64,000 bases of DNA from Bacteroidota bacterium (lineage in GTDB: Bacteria; Bacteroidota; Bacteroidia; Bacteroidales; PUMT01). The DNA lies in the NCBI GenBank assembly GCA_037446695.1, contig JBBIHY010000001.1, forward strand, positions 67,026 through 131,025, written 5' to 3'. The notes under the pieces were generated by a model, which saw only the letters and a list, made by a program, of their open reading frames with translations, was not told the origin of the DNA and searched no databases. Below, piece after piece: positions 9,526 through 18,933 of this stretch (positions within the stretch are counted from its first letter, which is position 1; every line of letters begins with the position of its first letter). The position numbers and the translations under genes are program-made.

Positions 9526-10125
9526 CAGGGCAAGTACAACAGGGATTGTCACTAACCCAAGGGTATAGCCCGTAAAAAGCTGTGCGATACTGTGGGCGTT
9601 AAGCACCATTCTTGCTGTTCCGGTAATACCTGCAAGCAGAAAGCTGATTACCACCAGGATGAAAACATCGGCATAAAAATAGTGGGAGATAAAAACCAGA
9701 AGGCCCGTAATACCCCCAATTCCAATCATGTGTATACTAATTTTCCAGAAGACAGTGATAACTGCAGAAAACAGGACGGCGATTCCTGATGCAAATATAT
9801 AATTTACCAGTAGAGCAGGAATTCCAATTCTTTTCAGGAAATACCAGGTAAAAAGGTAGATGAGAGCTGTAATGAAAAAGGGGAGTATCCTGTCACGCCT
9901 TGCGTGCATTTCAATTTCAAAGCCTGTTTTTTTCAACAGGAAGAAGGGGATAAAACTCAGAGGAATTATTAAGGTAGAGAGCAGCACAATTAGAAAGACA
10001 GCTCTTTTTTGCTCCAATGTAAAAAATGTAAAATCCAGCCCTGACTGGTAAATTATTAGAAGCCCAATGGCAGGCATGACCAGCGGGTGGAAAAGGACAG
10101 AAATCAGCCAGGAAGTAATTTTCAT
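9517..10125 (-). CDS. PAP2-like polytopic membrane protein
   Basis: It has about six predicted TM helices. Degenerate PAP2 motifs are present: ARRDRILP, KISIH, and ARMVLNAHSIAQ, which is SRx5Hx3D with D replaced by Q. Its start overlaps the rpoN stop as ATGA. Confidence 0.5.
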   Translation of the reverse strand: MKITSWLISVLFHPLVMPAIGLLIIYQSGLDFTFFTLEQKRAVFLIVLLSTLIIPLSFIPFFLLKKTGFEIEMHARRDRILPFFITALIYLFTWYFLKRIGIPALLVNYIFASGIAVLFSAVITVFWKISIHMIGIGGITGLLVFISHYFYADVFILVVISFLLAGITGTARMVLNAHSIAQLFTGYTLGLVTIPVVLALLI

Positions 10126-11573
10126 TGAAGTTTTTTTCTGAGCCGGGCAACAGGAATATTCAATTGTTCCCTGTACTTTGCAACGGTTCGTCGTGCAATC
10201 TGGTAACCTTTTTCATTCAGGGCTGCAGCAAGCTGGTCATCTGTGACAGGTTTTTTTGAATCTTCAGCAGAAATAATGTCTTCAAGTATTTTTTTTATTT
10301 CGCGTGTGGATACTTCCACCCCGCTTTCTGTTTGCAATCCTTCAGAGAAAAAGAACTTAAGCGAAATAATACCAAAATGAGTCTGAATGTATTTTGAATT
10401 GGCTACCCTGCTGACCGTGGAAATGTCAAGACCTGTCTTTTCTGCTATATCCTTCAGGATCATAGGTTTTAATTTTGTCTCATCCCCATCTGTAAAATAC
10501 TCTTTCTGGTATTCAAGAATGGCATTCATAGTGAGAAGCAATGTATTCTGCCTCTGTATAATAGCATCAATAAACCATTTTGCCGACTCAATTTTTTGTT
10601 TTACAAAAGTCAGGGCTTCCTTATCTTTTTTAGTCTGCCCTTCTTTGGTATGAATCAGGTTTTCATACATTTCGGCATAGGTACGGTTTACCCTTAGTTC
10701 CGGAATATTCCTGGAGTTCAGGTTCAGGGTAAATTCACCATCCTTGTATTCAAGCAAAAAGTCAGGGATAATATGTTCAGCCGTTTTGCTCATCGGGTCA
10801 CTGTAAGAACCTCCGGGCTTTGGATTCAGTTTTAATATCTCGAAAATGGCCTCCTTCAGATCTTCTTCCTCTATGTTTAATCTCTTCAGAATCTTATCAT
10901 AATGTTTTTTGGTGAATTCCTGGAATGAGGTTTTGAGTATTTTTTGAGCAAGAGGAATAGACGGGGATACTGGGCTCTTTCGTTCAAGCTGCAGTAGTAA
11001 ACATTCCTGCAGGTCTCTTGCACCTACTCCGGGGGGATCAAAGTCCTGAATGATTGAAAGGATCTCGATCAATTCTTCTTCTGTGGTAGTGATGTTTTGC
11101 ATGAAAGCCAGGTCATCCACCATGGCATCTATTTTCCTTCTGAGGTAACCGTCATCGTCTATATTGCCAAGAATGTAAAGGGCAAGATTTCTTTGTCTTT
11201 CATCAATTTTCCGCAGGCCAAGCTGGCTTTCCAGTGAAGCAATAAAGGATGTACCCACCGAAAAAGGAATGTCTGTTTTCTTATCATCTTTGCTTTGGTT
11301 GCTTGCGCTCAGGCGATAGGAAGGAATTTCATCTGATTCCATGTAATCTTCCAGGGTAAATTCATCCTGGTTTTCTCCAGAATCTTTTTCATCATCATCA
11401 TAACTGCTTTCAAATTCATTCTCTGATTCTTCTTCCAGAACGGGATTCTCCTCCAGCTCCTTTTTTATTCTCTGTTCCAGTTGCATGGCAGGTATCTCCA
11501 GCAGTTTTATCATCTGAATCTGCTGGGGAGATAACTTTTGCAGAAGTTTTTGTTCTAATTTTTGTTTTAACAT
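10122..11573 (-). CDS. rpoN: RNA polymerase sigma-54 factor
   Basis: The N-terminus is Gln/Leu-rich (MLKQKLEQKLLQKLSPQQIQM), followed by an acidic region. A C-terminal HTH and the RpoN box (ARRTVAKYREQL) are present. Confidence 0.95.
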   Translation of the reverse strand: MLKQKLEQKLLQKLSPQQIQMIKLLEIPAMQLEQRIKKELEENPVLEEESENEFESSYDDDEKDSGENQDEFTLEDYMESDEIPSYRLSASNQSKDDKKTDIPFSVGTSFIASLESQLGLRKIDERQRNLALYILGNIDDDGYLRRKIDAMVDDLAFMQNITTTEEELIEILSIIQDFDPPGVGARDLQECLLLQLERKSPVSPSIPLAQKILKTSFQEFTKKHYDKILKRLNIEEEDLKEAIFEILKLNPKPGGSYSDPMSKTAEHIIPDFLLEYKDGEFTLNLNSRNIPELRVNRTYAEMYENLIHTKEGQTKKDKEALTFVKQKIESAKWFIDAIIQRQNTLLLTMNAILEYQKEYFTDGDETKLKPMILKDIAEKTGLDISTVSRVANSKYIQTHFGIISLKFFFSEGLQTESGVEVSTREIKKILEDIISAEDSKKPVTDDQLAAALNEKGYQIARRTVAKYREQLNIPVARLRKKLQ

Positions 11574-11659
11574 AATAAAGGAACAGATACAGTATGAAAA
11601 TTACAATGTAACAAAAAACAAAGCATTTGATTCATTCTGAACAACATTTTCAACGATTT

Positions 11660-13057
11660 TTAAAACTCAGCTGATCCCGGGGTGCGGGGAAAGGGAATGA
11701 CATCCCTGATATTACTCATCCCGGTCACGAACAGGAGTAGCCTTTCAAAACCCAGGCCGAACCCACTGTGCGGAGCAGTGCCAAACTTCCTGGTATCCAA
11801 GTACCACCAGAGTTCCTCTTCCGGTATGTTCATTTCCCTTATTCTTCTGTAAAGTTTCTCGTAATTTTCTTCACGTTGGGAACCACCAATGATTTCGCCA
11901 ATCTTTGGAAAAAGAACATCCATTGCCCTTACGGTTTTTCCATCGTCGTTCTGCTTCATGTAAAAGGCCTTGATGCTTCTGGGGTAGTCGGTGAGAATCA
12001 CGGGTTTCTTAAAGTGCTTTTCAACGAGGAACCTTTCATGTTCGCTTTGCAAATCGGAACCCCATGTTGTCGGGAACTCAAATTTTTCGCCGGATTTCTG
12101 AAGAATTTCAATTGCCTGCGTATAAGTAAGCCTTTCAAACTTGTTTTCAATCACAAATGCCAACCGTTCAAGCAATTCATTGTCGTACATTTTGTTGAGA
12201 AATTCTAGGTCTTCCCTGCAATTCTCAAGTGCATAGGTTATCAGGTACTTAATGAAATCTTCAGCCAGATCCATGTCATCATGGATGTCATAAAAGGCCA
12301 TTTCAGGCTCAATCATCCAGAATTCTGCCAGGTGCCTTGGCGTATTTGAATTCTCGGCCCTGAATGTAGGTCCAAATGTGTAAATATCCGACAGGGCCAA
12401 AGCAACAAGTTCTCCTTCAAGCTGTCCCGAAACAGTGAGCTTGGTTTCCTTGCCAAAAAAATCCCCGCTGAAATCAATTTTATTAACCCCCTTTAAGGGC
12501 AGGTTTTTTAAATCCAGCGTTGTCACCCTGAACATTTCACCTGCACCCTCCGCGTCGGAGCCGGTAATAATGGGCGTATGTATGTAAAAGAAACCGTTAT
12601 CATTAAAATACTTGTGAATGGCAAAAGCCATAGCATGCCTTATCCTGAGCACAGCCCCAAAGGTATTGGTTCGGGGGCGCAGGTGTGCTATTTCTCTCAG
12701 GAATTCAAGTGAATGTCCTTTTTTCTGAAGAGGGTAAACAGTTGGGTCTGCTGGTCCATATAATTCAATATGATTTGCATGAATTTCAACCGGCTGTTCC
12801 TGTCCGACTGATTTTTCAAGAGTTCCTGTAACGGCAATACATGCACCTGTTGTGATTTCTTTCATCAGTTCTTCTTCAAATCTTGAGATATCAACTACGA
12901 TTTGAATGTTGTGAATAACAGAACCATCGTTCAGGGCTATAAAGGAGATGTTTTTGTTTCCTCTTTTGGTTCTTACCCATCCCTTAAGGGTAAACTCCCC
13001 TCCAATATTTTTTGAATCAAGTACTTGCTTAACCTTTGTTCTGTTTTTTATTGACAT
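11660..13057 (-). CDS. asnS: Asparagine--tRNA ligase
   Basis: The class IIb architecture has an N-terminal OB fold. Motifs FRAE...[12 protein letters not shown] and GGSQRE...[23 protein letters not shown] are present. The 465-aa length is typical of AsnRS. Confidence 0.95.
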   Translation of the reverse strand: MSIKNRTKVKQVLDSKNIGGEFTLKGWVRTKRGNKNISFIALNDGSVIHNIQIVVDISRFEEELMKEITTGACIAVTGTLEKSVGQEQPVEIHANHIELYGPADPTVYPLQKKGHSLEFLREIAHLRPRTNTFGAVLRIRHAMAFAIHKYFNDNGFFYIHTPIITGSDAEGAGEMFRVTTLDLKNLPLKGVNKIDFSGDFFGKETKLTVSGQLEGELVALALSDIYTFGPTFRAENSNTPRHLAEFWMIEPEMAFYDIHDDMDLAEDFIKYLITYALENCREDLEFLNKMYDNELLERLAFVIENKFERLTYTQAIEILQKSGEKFEFPTTWGSDLQSEHERFLVEKHFKKPVILTDYPRSIKAFYMKQNDDGKTVRAMDVLFPKIGEIIGGSQREENYEKLYRRIREMNIPEEELWWYLDTRKFGTAPHSGFGLGFERLLLFVTGMSNIRDVIPFPRTPGSAEF

Positions 13058-13289
13058 AAAAATGAATTATTTGAATGAACATGCAAAAATACAATTTTAG
13101 TGCTAATAAATTGTTTCCATTGGCCGGTTCACTCTATGTTTGTATTGTTCATCCTGCATTGGTCGGTTATTATTTCATAAAATCTCACTTTCGTAAAAAA
13201 ATTTGATTGAACCAAAAAATACTTATTTGTAATTTCTTTAAATTAAAATATATCCCTTAAATTTAGTAGCTCTTAAAAAAACCAACAAC

Positions 13290-14135
13290 ATGGAAAAAAC
13301 TACAAAGTATTTACTGGTAACATGGGATTTTACAAAGGTTTCGGAGAATGCTCTGGAGCATGCTCTCCGTATTGCCAAATACGTTGATAATGAGGTAAGA
13401 CTCATTCATATTGTTGAAGAAGGCTCCCTGTCCGCAAAATTGAAGGAAGAGGCGGAAGGAAAACTGGACCTGCTTGTAAAGGAAACTTACGAGAAACACA
13501 GAATTAAGCCAAGCTATGTGGTGCTGGAAGGTACTATCTTTAATACCATTTCCAGGTATGCTTCATCCAATGATGTACAAATGGTAATCATGGGTACTCA
13601 TGGCGTAAAGGGGATGCAGAAACTTACAGGAAGCTGGGCACTGAAGGTGATGATGGGAAGCAAGGTTCCCTTCCTGATTGTGCAGGGTAAGCCAACTGAT
13701 AAAAAACGGTTCACCGATATTGTTTTTCCAATTGATTTTAAAGCCGAATCAAGGGAAAAATTATACTGGGCCATTTACCTTGGAAAATATTTTAGTTCCA
13801 AAATACACCTGTTTAAAACTCCAACAACCGATCAGGGATTCTTAAAAGGGGTTAATACGAATCTCAATTTTGCAATTAAGTTCCTAAAACAGAATGATAT
13901 TGAGTACGAGATTCATACTGCAAAAAAAGGCAGCAACTTTTCAAAGGAGATTATTTCATTCAGTGAGGAAATTGAGGCCGATTTAATTCTTATTATGACA
14001 ACCAAGAATGTTACTATTGGTGATTTTGTGCTGGGAGTACCCGAACAATATGTAATTACCAATTCCGCCCAAATTCCGGTAATGTGTGTAAATCCAAGGG
14101 AAGGCATTGCCAGTGTACACCAGGTGATGTTCTAA
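13290..14135 (+). CDS. Universal stress protein, tandem Usp domains
   Basis: There are two Usp-like halves. The first contains ...VQMVIMGTHGVKGMQKLTGSWALKVMMGSKVPFLIV..., matching the UspA G-x2-G-x9-GS ATP-binding motif. Confidence 0.85.
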   Translation: MEKTTKYLLVTWDFTKVSENALEHALRIAKYVDNEVRLIHIVEEGSLSAKLKEEAEGKLDLLVKETYEKHRIKPSYVVLEGTIFNTISRYASSNDVQMVIMGTHGVKGMQKLTGSWALKVMMGSKVPFLIVQGKPTDKKRFTDIVFPIDFKAESREKLYWAIYLGKYFSSKIHLFKTPTTDQGFLKGVNTNLNFAIKFLKQNDIEYEIHTAKKGSNFSKEIISFSEEIEADLILIMTTKNVTIGDFVLGVPEQYVITNSAQIPVMCVNPREGIASVHQVMF

Positions 14136-14160
14136 AACGCCTGATTGCAGAGAACAACAA

Positions 14161-14189
14161 CTGCCCCGAATCCGGGGCAGTTTATTTTT
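14161..14189 (+). terminator. Rho-independent terminator after the usp gene
   Basis: CTGCCCCG (14161-14168), loop aatc, and CGGGGCAG (14173-14180) are followed by TTTATTTTT. The T tract overlaps the last codons of the convergent PPK2 gene. Confidence 0.6.
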
Positions 14190-15063
14190 CGGCCAGCAGG
14201 GTTTTATGGGCTTCCTCCAACTGTTCTTTCTGTGATTTGGTTAAAACAGGATACCTGAGTTTGAGCGATTTGAGTGTGTTCACAATGATATTGCAAACAG
14301 CCAGCCTGGTATACCATTTATTGTCAGCCGGGATAATATACCATGGAGCCCATTGGGAGGAGGTGTTGGTAATAGCTATTTCGTAAACCTCCCTGTAACG
14401 GTCCCAGTGCTGCCTTTCCCTCACATCATTCATTGTAAATTTCCAGTTCTTTTCCTGGTCATTTATCCTGGAAAGGAATCTTACCTTTTGTTCTTCCTTT
14501 GACACATTGAGGAAAAATTTCAGAATTACGGTACCATTGTCTACCAGGTGTTTTTCAAACTGGTTAATTTGATCATATCTCTTTTGCCAGAAATTTTCGG
14601 GCATATCGTCTGGTGTGTAAATTCCCGGAAGTTGCTGGTTTAATATGAACTCCTTGTGTACCCTGGTTACCAACACTTCTTCGTAATAACTGCGGTTGAA
14701 AATTCCAATCCTGCCTCTTTCAGGCAAGGCTTTATAACTTCGCCACATGTAGTCGTGGTCGAGTTCCTCTTTTGAAGGCTGCTTAAAGCTGTATACCTGG
14801 CACCCCTGTGGGTTTACCCCAGACATTACATTTTTTATGGTACTGTCTTTACCGGCTGAGTCCAGGGCCTGGAAAATAATTAGGAGAGCAAACCTGTTGT
14901 AGGCATAAAACTTATCCTGAAGGTTTGCCAACTCCTTAATTGACTTCTTAAGTTGTTTTGCTGCATCTTTTTTGTCGGTAATTCCTCCTGTATAACGGGG
15001 ATCAAAATCATTCAGGCTGATTAATTTTCCGGGCTTTGCAAGAAGATATTTGTCGTTAACCAT
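14182..15063 (-). CDS. Polyphosphate kinase 2 family protein (polyphosphate:nucleotide phosphotransferase)
   Basis: FQALDSAGKDSTIK is a PPK2 Walker-A-like motif. The conserved ...FNRSYYEEVLVTRVH... and ...APWYIIPADNKW... blocks are characteristic of PPK2. Confidence 0.9.
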   Translation of the reverse strand: MVNDKYLLAKPGKLISLNDFDPRYTGGITDKKDAAKQLKKSIKELANLQDKFYAYNRFALLIIFQALDSAGKDSTIKNVMSGVNPQGCQVYSFKQPSKEELDHDYMWRSYKALPERGRIGIFNRSYYEEVLVTRVHKEFILNQQLPGIYTPDDMPENFWQKRYDQINQFEKHLVDNGTVILKFFLNVSKEEQKVRFLSRINDQEKNWKFTMNDVRERQHWDRYREVYEIAITNTSSQWAPWYIIPADNKWYTRLAVCNIIVNTLKSLKLRYPVLTKSQKEQLEEAHKTLLAEK

Positions 15064-15167
15064 AATGTAATATTGAGGAGGATATTAGGGATGAGCTGAA
15101 ACAGAAACGAAATTGGTATCGAAATGTACAAAAAAATTATGTTCCATCAACACTCACAAGCAGAATT

Positions 15168-16466
15168 TTAAAGGCTGTACAACCATTCCTCCAGCCTGTC
15201 AAAACCCTCCACAACCTGCGGACAAAACTTTTTTATAAAATTTTCACTCAGGTTATTTTCGTGTCCATATTCTTTGTCACCACTTATTGCTTCTTTTCCA
15301 TTGAAATCCACATAGGCGATACGGGCCGATAATTCTTCGGGTTGTCTGCCAAAATCGGCTCCTGGTAAAATAGCTACACCGGTATCCTGCATTAATTTTT
15401 TACACAGTTCCACACTGGTGAGAATCCCTTTTCCGCCAGTTTTAACCTGAAATTCGAAAAATCCGGGAAAAGGTAGAATGCTCCCTGGGGATAGGGTGCG
15501 GTAACATTCATCATTGTGAGCCGGCCCATAAGGTATTTGGCGAGTGTTCTTAAATTTTTTCTTGTAAAATAGAGGTACTCCTTCATTTTGGGGTTTTCAC
15601 TGAAAGTTTCCAACGCAGCATATTGAATTGGTGCGCTGGTTGAGGTAAATGTTTTACTTGCTACTGAAGCCATGGCCTGGAGGAGCCAGGCGAGGTTAGG
15701 AGGGAATGTAAATGTTCCCAGTCTCCATTCGCCGGCACCAAACCATTTGCTTAAACCACTGCTGATAAGGGTTCCTTAAGGATAAAACCTCGCAATGGAA
15801 ACATGCTGTCCTGTATGGTGTATCAACTCATAAATCTTATCAGATATTTGTATAACCCTGTATTTACGTGCCACCTGTGCCGGAAGCTTTAACCTTTCAA
15901 GGGGATAAGTGCAGCCGGTAGGGTATGAAGGTTAGTTTAAATAAAAATTCTTTGTCTTTTGTGATCCATACGGCAAATTAAATCCAGCTTTTCCGGGCTA
16001 AGTCTACAGTTATTATTTCCCGTGGTATGTAAACAATGCACATGCCTACCAATCATTCTTGCCTGAGGCAAATATGAAACCCGGCTTGGAGTGGGGATAA
16101 TCAAATCACCATAATAAACCAGTTGTAAAGGAAAATCAATTCTTTTGAACCCGGGCCAATTAAAACATCATCTACTGTACAACCTATTTTATGCGTGCGA
16201 CAGTTGAATTCAGACACTGAATTTCTCAACTCCCATAATCCTTTAAATGGCAGATAATCTTTTTCTCGGGCATGTTCACTAAGTGCCTGCACAACATGCT
16301 CCGGCACAGGGAAAGGGGATTGTCCCAGTCCGAATTTATAAATAGGCCTGCCTTCCTTTTTTAACTGATTGCATTTTTCATTTATGGCAAGTGTAACCGA
16401 AGGTTCATTGTCCCTGACATTGAGCTTCAGGTCAACATAAAGTTCTTATCTTTTGACTCTTGACAT
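15168..16466 (-). pseudogene. Decayed class I/II (aspartate-type) aminotransferase
   Basis: Fragments in four reading frames reassemble into one aminotransferase: GLGQSPFPVPEHVV..GPGSKELIF / LQLVYYGDLIIPTPS.VSYLPQA / FYLN*PSYPTG...SSGLSKWFGAGEWRLG (PLP-lysine motif) ...APIQYAA / ...VAILPGADFG. In-frame TAA stops lie at 16446-16448, 15932-15934 and 15776-15778 (plus-strand coordinates). There are at least three frame changes. Confidence 0.85.
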
Positions 16467-16529
16467 AAAAAATAGATTATTTTCTGAAAATACAAAATCA
16501 TGTTCTGATTAACAAATAGTTGAAAAGTG

Positions 16530-16537
16530 TAATTTTG
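16530..16537 (+). promoter_or_regulatory. Candidate Bacteroidota -7 promoter box for gldA
   Basis: TAATTTTG matches the TAnnTTTG -7 consensus of Bacteroidetes sigma-A promoters and lies 25 nt upstream of the ATG at 16562. Confidence 0.3.
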
Positions 16538-16561
16538 TTGCCGGCTTTTAAAATATACATT

Positions 16562-17473
16562 ATGTCCATACTTGTAAAAAATGTTTCAAAATATTTTGGC
16601 GCTCAAAAGGCTCTTGATGATGTAAGCTTTGAAATTCATGGAGGTGAAATTGTTGGTTTTCTTGGGCCCAATGGTGCCGGAAAATCAACAATGATGAAAA
16701 TTATCACTGGTTTTATCCCATGTTCAGAGGGTGAGGTTTTTGTGAAAGGTCTGGATGTTATGCAGAATAGCCTGAAGGCGAGGAAGCTTATTGGTTATCT
16801 GCCTGAAAACAACCCTCTTTACCTGGAAATGTATGTGAAGGAATACCTGGCATTTGTAGCTGGCATTTCCGGCATGAAAAATAATATAGCTGAGCAGATC
16901 GAAAGGATTATTACTATTACCGGGCTAGCCCCGGAAAGAAAAAAAACCATTGGTCAGCTTTCCAAAGGCTACAGGCAAAGAGTTGGACTTGCCCAGGCCT
17001 TGTTGCACGATCCGGAGGTACTGGTACTGGATGAACCCACTACGGGGCTGGATCCTAACCAGATAATTGAAATTCGCAACCTGATCAGGGAGGTTGGCAG
17101 CCGCAAAACAGTTATGCTTTCCACGCATATCATGCAGGAAGTAGAGGCAATTTGCGACAGGGTTATCATTATTCACCAGGGGAGAATAGTAATGGACGGA
17201 AAGGCTTTGGATGTGAGAAATAATCTGTTTCAGGAGGAGGAGTTTATTACGGTTGAATTTGACAAACCGGTGGATGGAAACTCCCTGAATTCAATTAAGG
17301 GAATTAAATCTTCAGTCAGGGTTACTGAAACCATCTGGGATATGACCGCAGAATCTGACAAGCAAATCAGGGAAAATATTTTCCGTTTTGCCGTGGAAAA
17401 AAACCTTGTGGTTCTCTCCATGCAGAAAAAGGAGAGGCGGATGGAAGATATTTTCAGGGAGTTAACCAGTTGA
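16562..17473 (+). CDS. gldA: Gliding motility-associated ABC transporter ATP-binding subunit
   Basis: MSILVKNVSKYFGAQKALDDVSFEI..GEIVGFLGPNGAGKSTMMKIITGF... with IGYLPENNPLY.EMYV.EYL is the N-terminal pattern I associate with GldA. The Walker A, LSKGYRQR signature and Walker B (VLVLDEP) are present. The ORF-track start at 16520 is probably too far upstream. Confidence 0.7.
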   Translation: MSILVKNVSKYFGAQKALDDVSFEIHGGEIVGFLGPNGAGKSTMMKIITGFIPCSEGEVFVKGLDVMQNSLKARKLIGYLPENNPLYLEMYVKEYLAFVAGISGMKNNIAEQIERIITITGLAPERKKTIGQLSKGYRQRVGLAQALLHDPEVLVLDEPTTGLDPNQIIEIRNLIREVGSRKTVMLSTHIMQEVEAICDRVIIIHQGRIVMDGKALDVRNNLFQEEEFITVEFDKPVDGNSLNSIKGIKSSVRVTETIWDMTAESDKQIRENIFRFAVEKNLVVLSMQKKERRMEDIFRELTS

Positions 17474-17640
17474 TAAATTTCTAGTCGGGTTTTGATTAGT
17501 ATCAAATAATTAATTAAGTTTGCAGCCATATTTTGGTGGATGGATTTGACTGATTGCAACCACAGAAAAAAATGCTAAAGCAGTTCTTTTCTGCCCATAT
17601 TCACCCACACTTTTGAAAGAACTTTAAATTAAATCCAGTT

Positions 17641-18933
17641 ATGGCCTATTTATTTACATCTGAATCCGTTTCCGAGGGGCATCCTGATAAGGTTGCAGAT
17701 CAGATTTCTGACGCTTTGTTGGATGAATTCCTCAGGCAGGACCCTGATTCAAGGGTGGCATGTGAAACAATGGTAACCACCGGATTGATTGTGTGCAGCG
17801 GCGAGGTGAAAACCCGGGGTTATGTGGATATTCAGCGTGTAGCAAGAGATGTTGTGAAAAAGATTGGATATACAAGGGCGGAACTGAAATTTGAATCAGA
17901 ATCCTGTGGGGTAATTTCAGCCATTCACGAGCAGTCGCCTGATATTAGCAAGGGTATCGATAGGGGAAAGGAGGAAGATCAGGGTGCAGGCGACCAGGGA
18001 ATGATGTTCGGATATGCTACAACGGAGATGGAGAACTATATGCCTCTGCCGGTTGAACTGGCACAGGTTCTCCTGCAGGAACTGGCGGCCATAAGACATG
18101 AGGGGAAGGTTATGAAATACCTGCGCCCCGATTCAAAATCCCAGGTAACCGTGGAATATGGAGAGGATCATATTGCAAGGAGAATTGATACGATAGTTAT
18201 TTCAACCCAACACGATGAGTTTGCTTCCGAAAAAGAGATGCTGGAAGTCATTGAGAAAGACATAAGGGAGCATCTGTTATCCCGCGTAAGGAATACTGAC
18301 ACATTGCCTGACGAGATTAAGGGTTTGTTTGACAACGGATTCAGGTTACTTGTAAATCCAACAGGTAAATTTGTGATTGGTGGCCCTCATGGCGATACAG
18401 GACTAACCGGCCGCAAGATTATTGTGGACACCTATGGGGGCAGAGGAGCACATGGTGGTGGAGCATTTTCAGGGAAAGATGCCTCCAAGGTGGATCGTTC
18501 CGCAGCCTATGCAGCGCGACATATAGCCAAAAATATGGTAGCTGCCGGCCTGGCCAGCGAAGTTCTTGTGCAGGTGGCTTATGCCATTGGTGTTGCTCAA
18601 CCGGTTGGATTGTACATTAATACTTTTGGAACAGCCAGAAAGGGGCTGTCAGATAACGAGATTTCAGGTAAAGTAAAGGAAATTTTTGATTTGCGTCCTT
18701 TTGCCATTATAAAAAGATTTGGACTCAGGAATCCAGTATTTCTCGAAACTTCTACATATGGACATTTCGGGAGGGAGCCTTTTGAAAAAGAGGTTGAGGT
18801 TTATTATGAGGATGAATCGGTAACAACCAGAACAATTGACGGGGTGAAGAAATATTATAAGAAAGTTCAGTTTTTTGCCTGGGAAAAACTGGATTTCGTT
18901 GACAGGATAAGAAAAGAATTCAAACTGGATTAG
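17641..18933 (+). CDS. metK: S-adenosylmethionine synthase
   Basis: [54 protein letters not shown] and [18 protein letters not shown] are canonical MetK motifs. Confidence 0.97.
   Translation: MAYLFTSESVSEGHPDKVADQISDALLDEFLRQDPDSRVACETMVTTGLIVCSGEVKTRGYVDIQRVARDVVKKIGYTRAELKFESESCGVISAIHEQSPDISKGIDRGKEEDQGAGDQGMMFGYATTEMENYMPLPVELAQVLLQELAAIRHEGKVMKYLRPDSKSQVTVEYGEDHIARRIDTIVISTQHDEFASEKEMLEVIEKDIREHLLSRVRNTDTLPDEIKGLFDNGFRLLVNPTGKFVIGGPHGDTGLTGRKIIVDTYGGRGAHGGGAFSGKDASKVDRSAAYAARHIAKNMVAAGLASEVLVQVAYAIGVAQPVGLYINTFGTARKGLSDNEISGKVKEIFDLRPFAIIKRFGLRNPVFLETSTYGHFGREPFEKEVEVYYEDESVTTRTIDGVKKYYKKVQFFAWEKLDFVDRIRKEFKLD

Noticed and set aside
17474-17640. The metK leader could be a SAM-I (S-box) riboswitch.
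   Set aside because: None of the long conserved S-box blocks, and no kink-turn or four-way junction stems, are visible. Only a SAM-II-like possibility remains, and that is reported as a low-confidence finding.
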